Shown here in pieces: positions 1 to 11,128 of a stretch of 64,000 nucleotides of DNA. This DNA is from Nitrosopumilus sp. (GTDB lineage: Archaea; Thermoproteota; Nitrososphaeria; Nitrososphaerales; Nitrosopumilaceae). The stretch lies in NCBI GenBank assembly GCA_965238275.1, contig OZ250186.1, forward strand, positions 1,344,001 to 1,408,000, written 5' to 3'. Position numbers and translations under genes: made by a program. The notes under the pieces were generated by a model. That model made no database searches and had not been told where the DNA came from. It saw nothing but the letters and a program-made list of their open reading frames with translations. Position 1 is the stretch's first letter, and each line of letters opens with the position of its first letter.

Positions 1-238
1 GATCCACGTAAATTCCGGATATCTTGCTGTTGATCCTGTCCCAGTACTTTTCACAGCCGTCTGTCTGAAAGTCGTTTGCCTTGCACTCCTCAAAGTGTGC
101 GGTACTGTCCCTTGCGATGTTGTCTGAATAGAGCACGTCTGAGCCGATTGCAAGCGCCAGGATGCCTATTGCCACAAGGCTTACAGACACCACAATCATC
201 GACTGGCCAACCTTGGCATGATTGTGCGGCTCTTTCAT
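1..238 (-). CDS. Small membrane protein, partial (runs off window start)
   Basis: Manual translation from ATG at 238: MKEPHNHAKVGQSMIVVSVSLVAIGILALAIGSDVLYSDNIARDSTAHFEECKANDFQTDGCEKYWDRINSKISGIYVD...; one TM helix and a Cys pair; not in the ORF track. Confidence 0.7.
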   Translation of the reverse strand, partial: MKEPHNHAKVGQSMIVVSVSLVAIGILALAIGSDVLYSDNIARDSTAHFEECKANDFQTDGCEKYWDRINSKISGIYVD

Positions 239-459
239 TTATGGAAAACCCGTCACGCTTGAATTTAATCCTTTCAGACCGGAATGCCGCAGGTGTCTTC
301 AGAACCGCATGTCGGATTCGGCATGCTGCTGCCAGAATCGTCTGCGGCATGCCCGCACTCGGGATTGGGCCTGGCCGGCTGCGTTGTACCCGTAGAGGGT
401 GTGCCTGTTTCATGCAGTCACACCAATGAGAAAGGCTGAAAAGCCAGTATCGCCTTATC

Positions 460-954
460 ATGTTGTTGGGGATACAGATTTTACAGTACGAGTTTCTAGG
501 ACCGGTCCCGCTGAACCAGTGGGGCCCGCCCATGGAGAAACTGCTGTACCTTGTCATGTCGCGGGACAAGGACCGTTTCAGCATACTGTATGGCGGCAAC
601 TGTGAAAAGACCGATGAAAAGTCGTTCTTTGTCCAGCATGACCGGTTCAAGTGCTGGATGCAGCATGCAGGATCCGAGGAATCGCTGTACCTGGCAATAC
701 TGCCGATGTTTGACTCTGATGCCAAACACCGCCGGAGCACCCTGGCAAGGATAACTGCTCACTACAAGCCGCCGTGCAACGCAGGTGACGCGCCTGCCCC
801 GTCTCCGGAATACGCGGTGCGAAGGGACACGCCCCCGGCAAGCCATTCATGTCCGTGCTGCGGCTCTGCAATGAAGCCTGAAAAGGCCCTCAAGGAATCC
901 ACCCTGTTCCGGTGCGCCGGCTGTGGAATGAGCGACACCCGGCTTAGCTCCTGA
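460..954 (+). CDS. Hypothetical protein with C-terminal Zn-ribbon (CPCC...CAGC)
   Basis: 164-aa ORF with C-terminal CxxC..CxxC; converges on 944..1177. Confidence 0.75.
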   Translation: MLLGIQILQYEFLGPVPLNQWGPPMEKLLYLVMSRDKDRFSILYGGNCEKTDEKSFFVQHDRFKCWMQHAGSEESLYLAILPMFDSDAKHRRSTLARITAHYKPPCNAGDAPAPSPEYAVRRDTPPASHSCPCCGSAMKPEKALKESTLFRCAGCGMSDTRLSS

Positions 955-1177
955 CCTTGTTTTGAACCTCAAAGAGCTGCATGGTCAGAAGGTCTATTGC
1001 CTTTTTGAGGTGGTCAAACTCCCTGATCGAGTGCATCTGCCCCTGTACGAGGGCCCTCATAATCTTGACTGCGTTCTTTTCAAATCCCTCCGATGCGACA
1101 ATCTCCATTGCGTTAATCTTTGAGAGTATGTTGTCAAGATCCGCTATCATCTCGTCTGAGGGCTTGTGCTTGTCCAT
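944..1177 (-). CDS. Small helical hypothetical protein
   Basis: 77-aa ORF with protein-like composition; AT-rich promoter-like sequence at ~1200. Confidence 0.75.
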   Translation of the reverse strand: MDKHKPSDEMIADLDNILSKINAMEIVASEGFEKNAVKIMRALVQGQMHSIREFDHLKKAIDLLTMQLFEVQNKVRS

Positions 1178-1295
1178 GCTGGCATGGTGCGCGTCTTGAT
1201 ATATGAATTGATATCATGGACGACCAGACCGACCATCCCGTGGGCAGCTCCCATGCGCAACCGGAAAAAAGCCGGGACTGCAGACTCTTGGAGTC

Positions 1296-1448
1296 TCACA
1301 ACGCGTCCTCGTCTATCTCCCTGATTGGGTCCACATACTGCCTGCACGTGCAGAATGGAATCCTGCACCTTCCCATCCTGATGATTGATCTGCTGTTGTC
1401 ATCCCTTGCGTGCACCTCGTCTGTGTGGTGGCATCTCTTGCAGTTCAT
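1296..1448 (-). CDS. Small Cys/His-rich putative metal-binding protein (50 aa)
   Basis: Manual translation MNCKRCHHTDEVHARDDNSRSIIRMGRCRIPFCTCRQYVDPIREIDEDAL; starts 9 nt after the ADH stop. Confidence 0.7.
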   Translation of the reverse strand: MNCKRCHHTDEVHARDDNSRSIIRMGRCRIPFCTCRQYVDPIREIDEDAL

Positions 1449-1457
1449 GCCCCGATG

Positions 1458-2492
1458 TCAGGGAATCAGGACTGCCCTTGCGTCAATCTCGGAGTCCTTG
1501 AGCCTCTTGAGCACCTTGTTTGCGTCCCTGAGCGGGAACTTTTCTGATACCACCTCGATGTTCTCCTCGCTGCATACCCTGATGACGTCCTCCATGTCCT
1601 TTGTGGACCCGATCAGGGTTCCCCTTATCGTCTTCTCCTCAAATGCCATGAATGGCGGGTTCTCTCCTACGGTTGCAATGACTACCATCCCGCCCTTCTT
1701 GATTGATTTTACAGCCGTGTCAGTTACAATGTCTGCAGGGGCAAAGACGATGGCCGCATCAAGCAGCCCGTGCCTCTCCTGCAGCCTCCTGAGAAATTCC
1801 GGCTGGTCATCCGAAAACGCCATGGCATCTGCAGCACCTAGCCTCCTTGCCACATCCAGATGCCTCTGTGCTCTGGAGAATGCAATCACCTCGCAGCCTT
1901 CCACCCTGGCAAACTGGACTGCCATGTGGCCGACCCCGCCTATCCCGAATATTCCAATCTTTTTGTGGGATCCAGGCTCTGCTGCCTTGACTGCCTTGTA
2001 TGCCGTGATTCCGGCACAGAACAGCGGCGCTGCATACTCTGGGCTCATATCTGCCGGAATCTTCGTTGCAAAGTCTTCTGCAACCGTAATGTACTGGGTG
2101 TATCCTCCCTTGAAGGACTCGCCTGTTATCTCCGATGACTCGCAAAGGTACTCCTTGCCCTCCTTGCAGTATGCGCAGCTTCTGCATGCCTCAAGAAGCG
2201 GGGTGATCCCTGCCCTGTCGCCCACCTTGAACTTTGTCACGCCCGTGCCTGTCTGGACCACCGTTCCGACGACCTCGTGGCCTGGAACCGTGGGAAGGAC
2301 GGGCGGAATTCCGATGTCCTTCCAGTCCCCCTCTATCCCGTGCAGCTGGGAGTGGCAGACGCCGCAGGCCTCGATCCTTATCAGTACCTCCTCTGGCCTC
2401 TGGATCTCATGCCTGTCAATCTCCACAAGCTTTAGCGGCTCTGTCTCGACGGGGGCGCACTCGTAGAGCACCATTGCCTGCATCTTTTCCAT
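1458..2492 (-). CDS. Zn-dependent alcohol dehydrogenase (MDR family)
   Basis: CGVCHS, GHEVVG, structural Zn motif CxxCxxC...C and GIGGVG Rossmann motif. Confidence 0.93.
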   Translation of the reverse strand: MEKMQAMVLYECAPVETEPLKLVEIDRHEIQRPEEVLIRIEACGVCHSQLHGIEGDWKDIGIPPVLPTVPGHEVVGTVVQTGTGVTKFKVGDRAGITPLLEACRSCAYCKEGKEYLCESSEITGESFKGGYTQYITVAEDFATKIPADMSPEYAAPLFCAGITAYKAVKAAEPGSHKKIGIFGIGGVGHMAVQFARVEGCEVIAFSRAQRHLDVARRLGAADAMAFSDDQPEFLRRLQERHGLLDAAIVFAPADIVTDTAVKSIKKGGMVVIATVGENPPFMAFEEKTIRGTLIGSTKDMEDVIRVCSEENIEVVSEKFPLRDANKVLKRLKDSEIDARAVLIP

Positions 2493-2570
2493 GGCAAATT
2501 TTGTACGGCGCGGGATTTTAAGATTCGTATGTGCCGTGGCCTGGACAGAACTCCGGGATCCCCCCCCGCT

Positions 2571-2837
2571 ATGAAGATAAAGGACAGGATGCCAACTGCA
2601 CTCATGCCCGAGATTACCGACGCGGATCGCGAGAGGGTCAGGCTGCTGCGCCTCATCTCAAGCTCCAAGGGCGGCTTTAACAGGCTGTCCGTAGAACAGC
2701 TCAAGCGGCTGCAGGCAATCCTTGAAAAGAAGGATTACAGCCACGACAAAAAGGCGAACAAATCCAAAAAGAAGCTGCTCAAGAGGATCAACGTCAGAAT
2801 CTACGAGCTTGAAGAGGGAAGGGGAATCTGGGGATGA
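2571..2837 (+). CDS. Basic hypothetical protein
   Basis: Lys/Arg-rich ORF from ATG 2571, divergent from ADH. Confidence 0.65.
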   Translation: MKIKDRMPTALMPEITDADRERVRLLRLISSSKGGFNRLSVEQLKRLQAILEKKDYSHDKKANKSKKKLLKRINVRIYELEEGRGIWG

Positions 2838-2915
2838 ACTGTGTCTGCAGGGTGCTGCTGCTGCATTGCAGCCGGCTCAATTAGGTACAAATATCATGGA
2901 GCATCCGAGTTAGTT

Positions 2916-4949
2916 GTGACGCAAAACAGCCTCATCAACGAGACCAGCCCCTACCTGCTCCAGCATGCCCACAATCCCGTGGACTGGTATGCATGGAATG
3001 ACGAGGCGCTCCGGAAGGCAAGAGAAGAGAACAAGCCGATCTTTTTGAGCATAGGGTACAGCTCGTGCCACTGGTGCCACGTGATGGCCCACGAGTCCTT
3101 TGAAAACGACGATGTCGCAGGATACATGAATGAGAATTTCGTAAACATCAAAGTCGACAGGGAGGAGAGGCCAGACATCGATGACATATACCAGAAGGCA
3201 TGCCAGATGGCAACAGGCCAGGGCGGATGGCCCCTGAGCGTCTTTCTTACCCCCGATCAAAAGCCCTTCTACGTCGGAACATACTTTCCGGTACTGGACT
3301 CCTACGGCCGCCCGGGCTTTGGAAGCATCTGCAGGCAGCTCTCGCAGGCATGGAAGGAGAAACCTGCCGACATCAAAAAGAGGGCCGATGAGTTTGTCGG
3401 CGCAATGCAGGGGAAGGAGGATACGGCAGGCCCCGGGCCCGACGACCTGGACAGGATAATACTTGACGAGGCTGCAATGAACCTGCTTGGAATGGGCGAT
3501 ACAATTTATGGGGGCTTTGGCTCTGCCCCCAAGTTTCCAAACGCCGCCTGCGTCTCGTTCCTGTTTGCCTACTCTGAATTCTCAAAACTGCCCAGATTCC
3601 GGGAGTTTGCACTCAAGACCCTCACCAAGATGGCAAAGGGCGGGATATTTGATCAGATAGGGGGCGGCTTTCACCGCTACTCTACTGACGCGCGGTGGTT
3701 TGCGCCGCATTTTGAAAAGATGCTCTATGACAACGCCCTGATTCCGGTAAACTATGCAGAGGCATACCAGATAACCGGGGACCGGTTCTACCTTGATGTC
3801 ATGCAAAAGACGCTGGACTTTGTACTGCGCGAGATGACTGCGCCTGAGGGTGGATTCTACTCTGCGTATGACGCAGACTCTGAAGGGACGGAGGGAAGGT
3901 TCTACGTCTGGTCAAAGAGCGAGATACGACAGATTCTTGGGGACGATGCGGATCTCTTCTGCCTGTTCTATGACGTGACTGACGGGGGCACCTGGGAGGG
4001 AAACAGCATCCTGTGCAACAACATCAACATCTCTGCTGTCGCATTCAAGTTTGGAGTCACCGAGCAGAGAGTTGGCCAGATACTGGCAGGGTGCTCCAAA
4101 AAACTGCTGGATGTCCGCTCCAGACGGACGCCTCCCGGGCTTGATGGCAAGGTGCTGGTCTCGTGGAACGCACTGATGGTCACCGCGCTTGCCCGAGGGT
4201 ACAGGGTCACAGGCAACGCAAGATACCTTGACGCTGCCAAGGCGTGCCTCTCGTTTATCGAAGAGAATCTCATTAATGGCGATGCGCTTTTGCACACCTA
4301 CAAGGACCGCACGGCAAAGATTGACGGATACCTTGAGGATTATGCGTGCCTGATAAACGCGCTATTGGACGTCTTTGAGATCGAGCCTGATGCCCGGTAC
4401 CTGAAACTCTCCGTAAGGCTTGGCCGCCGCTTGGCAGGACACTTTTGGGATCCTGACAGTAACAGCTTTCTGATGACTTCTGACACCCACGAGGCCCTGA
4501 TAGTCCGGCCAAAGAACAGGTACGATCTCTCGCTGCCGTCAGGAAACTCCGTCGCCGCGCGAGTCATGCTCAGGCTGTACCACCTGTCCCAGGAGACAGA
4601 GTTCCTTGAGATCTGCACCAGGGTGATAAAATCCAACGCAGAGGAGGCTGCGCGGAACCCGTTCGCGTTCGGCTACCTGCTCAACGTCATATCGACATAC
4701 CTGCAAAAACCAGTCGAGATAACCCTCATCAACCCCGAGAACCAGGAACTGTGCAGGTCCCTTCTTTCACGCTACATGCCAAACGCGTTTCTAGTCACCG
4801 TCCAGAATCCCGGCCAGCTGGCAGGGCTGTCCGAATATCCGTTCTTTGCAGGAAAGGAGTTTGAATCCCGAACGTCAGTATTTGTCTGCAGGGACCTTTC
4901 ATGCATGCCGCCGATGTACACCATTGACGACATAGAAAAGCACCTGTGA
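2916..4949 (+). CDS. Thioredoxin-domain protein, YyaL/SPATA20 (DUF255) family
   Basis: [28 protein letters not shown] and [11 protein letters not shown] motifs; GTG start at 2916 chosen. Confidence 0.93.
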   Translation: MTQNSLINETSPYLLQHAHNPVDWYAWNDEALRKAREENKPIFLSIGYSSCHWCHVMAHESFENDDVAGYMNENFVNIKVDREERPDIDDIYQKACQMATGQGGWPLSVFLTPDQKPFYVGTYFPVLDSYGRPGFGSICRQLSQAWKEKPADIKKRADEFVGAMQGKEDTAGPGPDDLDRIILDEAAMNLLGMGDTIYGGFGSAPKFPNAACVSFLFAYSEFSKLPRFREFALKTLTKMAKGGIFDQIGGGFHRYSTDARWFAPHFEKMLYDNALIPVNYAEAYQITGDRFYLDVMQKTLDFVLREMTAPEGGFYSAYDADSEGTEGRFYVWSKSEIRQILGDDADLFCLFYDVTDGGTWEGNSILCNNINISAVAFKFGVTEQRVGQILAGCSKKLLDVRSRRTPPGLDGKVLVSWNALMVTALARGYRVTGNARYLDAAKACLSFIEENLINGDALLHTYKDRTAKIDGYLEDYACLINALLDVFEIEPDARYLKLSVRLGRRLAGHFWDPDSNSFLMTSDTHEALIVRPKNRYDLSLPSGNSVAARVMLRLYHLSQETEFLEICTRVIKSNAEEAARNPFAFGYLLNVISTYLQKPVEITLINPENQELCRSLLSRYMPNAFLVTVQNPGQLAGLSEYPFFAGKEFESRTSVFVCRDLSCMPPMYTIDDIEKHL

Positions 4950-5064
4950 AACCTCACGCCGGCCAGGCACTGTTGGTTTTTTGCAGGCATGCTGCGGTTC
5001 CCTTTGATTTGTGCGCATCCGGGATATGCATGAGTCATGTAAATAATGCCTGATTTTGCAGACG

Positions 5065-6080
5065 TGTATTGTAACGAAATTATGTCCACCTATTCTTCGA
5101 CGCACCCTGCGACTTCATTAACCGATAATGCCGACCAAACTTGATGATGCCAAAATCAAGTACGTCATCCGCGAGAAGAAGAAAGGGACATCCAACACAA
5201 AGATACGGTGTGGGGATAAGCACCCGTCATGTGCGCCGCCTCTGGTCCCTGTACGAGGCGACAGGATCATTACCTGTCATCAAGAGCGCAGGCAGACCAG
5301 CTGCCAAGATATCCGATGAGGATGTCAGGCGGGTGCTGGATGCGTATGGGACGAGGGTGCTGATGTGGGACGTGTTGCCAAGGCACTGAGGCATCAAAAC
5401 ATAAGCGGGCGGACCGTATACAAGGTGATGAAGGAACACGGGTTGGTGGAACCGTGCCCCACCAAATCAAAGAAACGCAAGTGGGTAAGGTACGAACGCC
5501 TTCACTCAAACTCCATGTGGCACACGGACTGGCACGTGATGAAAGACTACCGCATGAAGGATCTCTGATCACGTACTTGGACGACGCCTCAAGATGCGTT
5601 TTGGCCTGTTTGATGAGGCTACCGGCCAGAACGCCGTGCAGGTGCTCAGGCAGGCCGTCCAAGCATTTGGCGTCCCGTCATCCATCCTGTCCGATAACGG
5701 TTCGTGTTTTGTGGGAGTTCGAAGGGGCACGCCAAAGGGATCCTGGAGACCCACCATCTTTGAAAACGAGCTGTTGGATCTTGACATACACCTAATCAAC
5801 TCCAGGCCATACCACCCCCAGACCAACGGCAAGCTAGAGCGGTTCCACCGAACCATTGAGGACGAGGTAGGACGGCACGACAGCTTGGAAGATTTCATCA
5901 CATTCTACAACGAGAGACGATTGCACTGGTCACTTGACATAGATAATTGCCAGACGCCTCTCAAGGCGTTCCATGACAAGGCAGCAGACGAATCCACAAG
6001 AGCTACCAACCCAAACTGGATGGAATGTCCATGGATAAACAGCCACCAAAGGGGGGCGGACATAATTTCGTTACAATACA
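5065..6080 (+). mobile_element. IS481-family insertion sequence, 15-bp TSD
   Basis: Perfect 23-bp TIR TGTATTGTAACGAAATTATGTCC; flanking direct repeat CTGATTTTGCAGACG at 5050-5064 and 6081-6095. Confidence 0.93.
5128..6050 (+). pseudogene. IS481 transposase, multiple frameshifts
   Basis: Fragments in alternating frames (WHTDW, LDDASR, SDNGSCF, PQTNGKLERF) are collinear with the intact paralog at 26744..27703. Confidence 0.9.
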
Positions 6081-6112
6081 CTGATTTTGCAGACGCTAAG
6101 TAATGCCTATTA

Positions 6113-9100
6113 ATGGTATTTGCAGTAATATCTGTCGTGACAAGGATATCTTTTAGAATTAATCCCAAAATTATTGCCCTGTTTGCAGCCGCCGCCCTTC
6201 TGGCAGGCCTCTACCCTGCAAGTTTTGCATATGCCGGCGATTCCTCCGGCATTGATGGGAAATACCCGTCCCCGTTACAGCAGCAACGCGACGGCGTCCC
6301 GATTGATGCCATCATGTGCAACATGCCAAACGAGCTGTACATAAAAAACACCGATACCCCTGTGTGCCTTACCCCGTCCACATATGAGCGCCTGCTGGAG
6401 TACGGCCTGGATCTGGCCCCACACGATGAACACTCTGCAGACTCTGTCCTTGACACCATTACCATAGGGGCAATCACACCCCTGACCGGCGGCGCTGCCG
6501 GATACGGGCAAACCATCCTGGCAGGCTCGGAGCTGGCAGTGTCTGACTTTAACGAACTTCTTGAGGAGATGGGGGAGACGTGGCGCCTTGAGATGGATTC
6601 CCATGACAGCATGACTAGCGGCGATGAGCAGATGAACAGCCTGATGCTGCTCAACGAGAAGGGAATAAAGATTGTCAACGGCCCGTCAATTGACATATTC
6701 AACCAGGAGGCGCTGGACTATGCCAACGACAACGGCATGCTGCTCTTTAGCTGCTGTTCTGTCGTCCTCGCCCACAGCATAGCAGATGATGCGCTGCTTC
6801 GCATAGGCGCGGATCAGGCAAACCACGGGCGTGCGCTTGCAGGGGTGATGCACGACGAGGGAGTCGCGGCCATGGTGACTGTCGGCAGGGATGCCCCGTG
6901 GATTACCGACATACTTGATTCTGCAGATGCAAGATTTCTTGAGCTGGGAGGACAGGCTGCAGGCTCACACGTGCTGTATGACGTGTCCGGAGAGTTTGAT
7001 GATGCCACCGTACAGATGCTGGCAGACAGCGTAGCAGAACATCTTGAATCCTATGACCCTTCCGAAGTTGGGGTTTTGTTTGTCGGGTTTGAGGAGAGTT
7101 ATGACTTTTTGGAACGGGCATCCTTACATGATGTTCTTGGGGATGTGCAATGGTTCGGGGCTGACATAAACACAATCATTCATGACAACCAGGACGGCCT
7201 GGACTTTGCAGAGGATGTGGAGTTTATGTCGGTTCAGCCCACGGTGCCTGAAAGCGAGATCGGTACCACGGTGTCAGGACATGTCGCCGCTGCCATCGGC
7301 AGGACTCCCAGCGTATATGCCCTGCTGGCATACGATGTCGTACAGCTAATCGGGCATGCAATCCTTGAGGTGCAGGGGGACTCTGCAGCTGACGTGGCAG
7401 GGGCCATCCCGCGCGTGGCGCAGGGTTACACGGGAGCAAGCGGCCCCATATCGTTTAATGAGGCAGGAGACCGGGACAACATGACATATGCCGTATGGGC
7501 AGTTGAAGACGGCGTCTGGATGGTCGAAGGCATCCTGACACCCGGTGCCGCAATGCCCGAATCAGCAGAGCCCGGACCTGACACCTGGATCGACCAGGAC
7601 TCTGGACCGGTGAATGACTCAGCTCCGTCAGCCCCATCCCCCGGCCATGGAACGCCCTATCTCGGCCAATCCCCCAGTGCACCTTTGGATAGCCTGAGTG
7701 AGAGCGTGGGGGCAAGTTCCGCGCCGTCCTTGGGATTTGCAGTCGGGGGCGCCAAGGACATAGACAACTTTAGGGCAAACATAGACGCCGGCTTCCTTCC
7801 CCTCCACACCGACGTCACCCACGAGGGACTGTTCTACGACTACTACTTTGACACCGGAGCCGCGCAGGAATGCCAGGACCTGTTCTGCCCGTCCTACCTG
7901 ACTGCCGTGTCTGCGGACCCGTTCTCGGGTCAGAACCAGTACTATCTGTCCGTGGGGCTCAACTCCGGCCTGAAGGAGGCCGACTTTGAGCGCAAGAACC
8001 TCAACCTGGTCATCGTCATGGACGTCTCCGGTTCCATGAGCTCCCCGTTTAACCAGTACCACTACGACTCGCAGGGAAACCCGACACTCCGGGGCAATGC
8101 CGGGGATGATTTTAGCAGATCAAAGATGGATGTCGCAAACGAGTCAGTGGCGGGGCTGTTGGACCACCTGACCGACGATGACCGGCTGGGAGTGGTGCTC
8201 TTTGATAGTACCGCCCATGTGGCAAAGCCCCTTGAAAGCATGGGCGACACAGACCGGGAGAGGCTGGCAAGGAACATCCTTGACATCTATGCCGACGGGG
8301 GGACGAACATGGAATCCGGAATCACGTTGGGCACATCCCTGTTTGACGACGTGCTGGAGTCGGACCAGACCGGGTATGAAAACAGGATCATCTTTCTGAC
8401 CGACGCCATGCCCAACACGGGCAGCACCGGGCGGGACCAGCTGTTCAACCTGATAGAGTGGAACGCAGAAAAGAAGATCTACACCACCGTAATCGGCATC
8501 GGAGTCGACTTTAACACCGAGCTCATAGAGTACGTCACAGACGTCCGGGGGGCAAACTACTACTCGGTGCACTCCCCGTCAGAGTTTCTCGAGCGCATGA
8601 GCGACGAGTTTGAATTCATGGTCACGCCGCTGGTCTTTGACTTGTCGCTGCGCCTCGATGCAGACGGGTACGAGGTGCTTGACGTGTACGGCGTGCCAGA
8701 GTCTGACTCCTTTACCGGCGACTTGATACACGTCAACACGCTGTTTCCATCCCGCGTCCAAGACGGCGAGACCCGGGGAGGGATCATCCTGGTAAAGCTG
8801 GCCAAGGAGTCTGACGCGGGACGGCTTGAGCTGCGCGCAAGCTATCTTGACCGCGACGGCCAGGCAGACAGCAGCACGGCAGTCGTGAGCGTCAACGACG
8901 AGGCCCACTACCAGAACTCGGGGATACAAAAAGGCATACTGCTTTCTAGGTACGCTGACCTGATGAAGACCTGGGCGTACGACGAGCGCAGCCGCCATGC
9001 AGGCACCGTATACGACTCTGACTATCTGTACTCTGACGGACTTTACGTGCCCGGACGCGTGAGTGTCTCGCTAGGCCAGTGGGAGAGGCAGTCCATACCG

Positions 9101-9274
9101 CTGACAGTATCGTCTGACTATGCTGCAGCGATTGCAGAGTTCTCTGCGTACTTTTCCCAAGAGGCCGACCTGATTGGGGATGTGACCCTGCTTCAGGAGG
9201 CCGACGTGATGTCTGCCCTCCTTTCAGAATACGGGCATGGGACTACTGGCGATACGTGGAACCCACAACCCTGA
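6113..9274 (+). CDS. Secreted multidomain protein: N-terminal Cys-pair module + branched-chain-amino-acid-type substrate-binding domain + vWA domain
   Basis: Signal peptide; IGAITPLTG...YG and GASGPISFNEAGDR (Liv-type SBP); MIDAS motif DVSGSM with GGTN and FLTDA. Confidence 0.85.
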   Translation: MVFAVISVVTRISFRINPKIIALFAAAALLAGLYPASFAYAGDSSGIDGKYPSPLQQQRDGVPIDAIMCNMPNELYIKNTDTPVCLTPSTYERLLEYGLDLAPHDEHSADSVLDTITIGAITPLTGGAAGYGQTILAGSELAVSDFNELLEEMGETWRLEMDSHDSMTSGDEQMNSLMLLNEKGIKIVNGPSIDIFNQEALDYANDNGMLLFSCCSVVLAHSIADDALLRIGADQANHGRALAGVMHDEGVAAMVTVGRDAPWITDILDSADARFLELGGQAAGSHVLYDVSGEFDDATVQMLADSVAEHLESYDPSEVGVLFVGFEESYDFLERASLHDVLGDVQWFGADINTIIHDNQDGLDFAEDVEFMSVQPTVPESEIGTTVSGHVAAAIGRTPSVYALLAYDVVQLIGHAILEVQGDSAADVAGAIPRVAQGYTGASGPISFNEAGDRDNMTYAVWAVEDGVWMVEGILTPGAAMPESAEPGPDTWIDQDSGPVNDSAPSAPSPGHGTPYLGQSPSAPLDSLSESVGASSAPSLGFAVGGAKDIDNFRANIDAGFLPLHTDVTHEGLFYDYYFDTGAAQECQDLFCPSYLTAVSADPFSGQNQYYLSVGLNSGLKEADFERKNLNLVIVMDVSGSMSSPFNQYHYDSQGNPTLRGNAGDDFSRSKMDVANESVAGLLDHLTDDDRLGVVLFDSTAHVAKPLESMGDTDRERLARNILDIYADGGTNMESGITLGTSLFDDVLESDQTGYENRIIFLTDAMPNTGSTGRDQLFNLIEWNAEKKIYTTVIGIGVDFNTELIEYVTDVRGANYYSVHSPSEFLERMSDEFEFMVTPLVFDLSLRLDADGYEVLDVYGVPESDSFTGDLIHVNTLFPSRVQDGETRGGIILVKLAKESDAGRLELRASYLDRDGQADSSTAVVSVNDEAHYQNSGIQKGILLSRYADLMKTWAYDERSRHAGTVYDSDYLYSDGLYVPGRVSVSLGQWERQSIPLTVSSDYAAAIAEFSAYFSQEADLIGDVTLLQEADVMSALLSEYGHGTTGDTWNPQP

Positions 9275-9365
9275 TCTCTGCCCGAATCCATGGAATGTAC
9301 GGGATTCATCTGCAAGTCACATCCCTGGGCAATGTGGCCTGACAAAACCCATAAAGCCTACACCG

Positions 9366-10751
9366 TCACTCGGCCTTGATCTTTTCTTTTTTTATCCAGG
9401 ACGTTCCTGATTTGTGATCCAGCAGCTCGATGCCCATCTCCGATATCTGGTCCCTGATCCTGTCTGCCTCGTCGTACCGCCCGGACTCCCTCAAATCCTT
9501 TCTCCTCTGAATCATCCTGTTGACTGATGCAATGTACTCTTCTGTCATCTCAGGTATGTCCAGACCCAGAATATCCATACAGTACCTCATCTCCGGCATC
9601 ATGACCTCTGATGCGCCCTGCGTCATCTGCCCGTCTGATGCCAGCCTGTTTACCTCCTTGATCATCTTGAAGAATGCAGATAATGCCTCATGCGTATTGA
9701 AATCCCCCTCCAGCGCGCGCGCAAACTCCCTCTTGCACTCCTGCGCCACCTGTCCTGCATCCCCGGCACCTCCTGCACGTGCCTGAACCAATTCATGCCA
9801 TGCCGCCTCCACCTGTCTCCACCTGGTCAGGCTCTCCTCAAGTAGCGCGCCGGTGTAGTCGATCGGCTTTGAATAGTGGCCTGACAGGCAGAACAGGCGT
9901 ATGGTGTTTGGGCCCCAGTCTTCCAGGACATGCCGGACCGTCTTTATGTTGTCCATGGACTTTGACATCTTGTCCCCGTTTATCGTAACCATTCCGACGT
10001 GCATCCACGCCCTTGCAAACCTGCCCTCTGAATACCCCTCCGACTGGGCTATCTCGTTTTCATGATGGGGAAATATCAGGTCCCTTCCGCCCCCGTGTAT
10101 GTCAAAGTCGGCGCCCAGGTACTTGGCGCTCATGGCAGAACACTCTATGTGCCATCCAGGACGGCCGCGCCCCCACGGGCTGTCCCATGCCGGCCCGTCG
10201 TCTGCAAACTTCCACAGTGCAAAATCCAGCGGATCGCGCTTGTCCTCGTCAATTCCCACCCTTGCCCCTGCCTGCAGGTCCTCTGTCCTCTTCTTGGAGA
10301 GCTTGCCATACCCTGCAAACCTGGAGACTGCAAAATAGACGCCGTTCCTGCTGGCGTACGCCATGCCCTTCTGGACCAGACCCCCGATAAGCTGAATCAT
10401 GTCTTCAATGTGCTCTGTGGCCTTTGGATACGCACGTGCCCTTTTGACGTTGAGTGCGTCAAAGTCCCTGTGGTAGTTTTGTATGTACCTCTCGGTAATC
10501 TCTGCTGCGGGCCTCTTCTCCATTCTGGCCCTGTCTATTATCTTGTCATCGACGTCTGTAAAGTTCTGCACCATGTCGACTGCATGGCCCACACTCTCCA
10601 GATACCTGCGCAGCACGTCAAAGACGATTATGGTCCTTGCATGCCCCACATGCGCCTCATCGTACACTGTCACCCCGCACAGGTATATCCTGATGCAGTC
10701 TCCAAATTCCATCTCCATGTCCTGCGCGGTGAGCGTATCTGATATTCTCAT
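9366..10751 (-). CDS. cysS: Cysteine--tRNA ligase
   Basis: CGVTVYD, HVGH, GRPGWHIEC, FPHHENE and KMSKS motifs. Confidence 0.97.
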   Translation of the reverse strand: MRISDTLTAQDMEMEFGDCIRIYLCGVTVYDEAHVGHARTIIVFDVLRRYLESVGHAVDMVQNFTDVDDKIIDRARMEKRPAAEITERYIQNYHRDFDALNVKRARAYPKATEHIEDMIQLIGGLVQKGMAYASRNGVYFAVSRFAGYGKLSKKRTEDLQAGARVGIDEDKRDPLDFALWKFADDGPAWDSPWGRGRPGWHIECSAMSAKYLGADFDIHGGGRDLIFPHHENEIAQSEGYSEGRFARAWMHVGMVTINGDKMSKSMDNIKTVRHVLEDWGPNTIRLFCLSGHYSKPIDYTGALLEESLTRWRQVEAAWHELVQARAGGAGDAGQVAQECKREFARALEGDFNTHEALSAFFKMIKEVNRLASDGQMTQGASEVMMPEMRYCMDILGLDIPEMTEEYIASVNRMIQRRKDLRESGRYDEADRIRDQISEMGIELLDHKSGTSWIKKEKIKAE

Positions 10752-11128
10752 GACACCTATCGTGTCTGTTGCCTGAATAATTATTCCTTTTTGTCAAGGT
10801 TTTCCTGAAGGCTTTTCAAGAAAATACCATCGCAGGACGATGACTGCGTGGAAAAAGCCCGAGAGCAGACTACATGTTCTCGTTTTCCACCGTGAGGTAC
10901 TGGCAGGCAGTTCAAGACGGCAGACGAGACTGCAGACCTAGTCAGGGAAATGATCGAGACGGGCGAGATGGGGCCCGTCAAGCTCATGAAGTATCTTACC
11001 CCGTTGGGATTTTTACGGGAATTTTTGCGACAGGACCATTTGCCATGAGCCTCTTTGGCATGATTTCAGATGGGCTGCAGTGTCTGCGTCTGACCCCGAT
11101 TGGAAAATGAGCGAAACATTGTCCAGCA

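Noticed and set aside
245-450. GC-rich intergenic stretch considered as SRP or other ncRNA
   Set aside because: No recognisable SRP or RNase P motifs and no convincing long-range pairing by eye
1216-2466. 416-aa plus-strand ORF
   Set aside because: Antisense shadow of the alcohol dehydrogenase; no motifs
10790-11110. Possible gene remnant upstream of cysS
   Set aside because: Short broken frames with no family I can recognise
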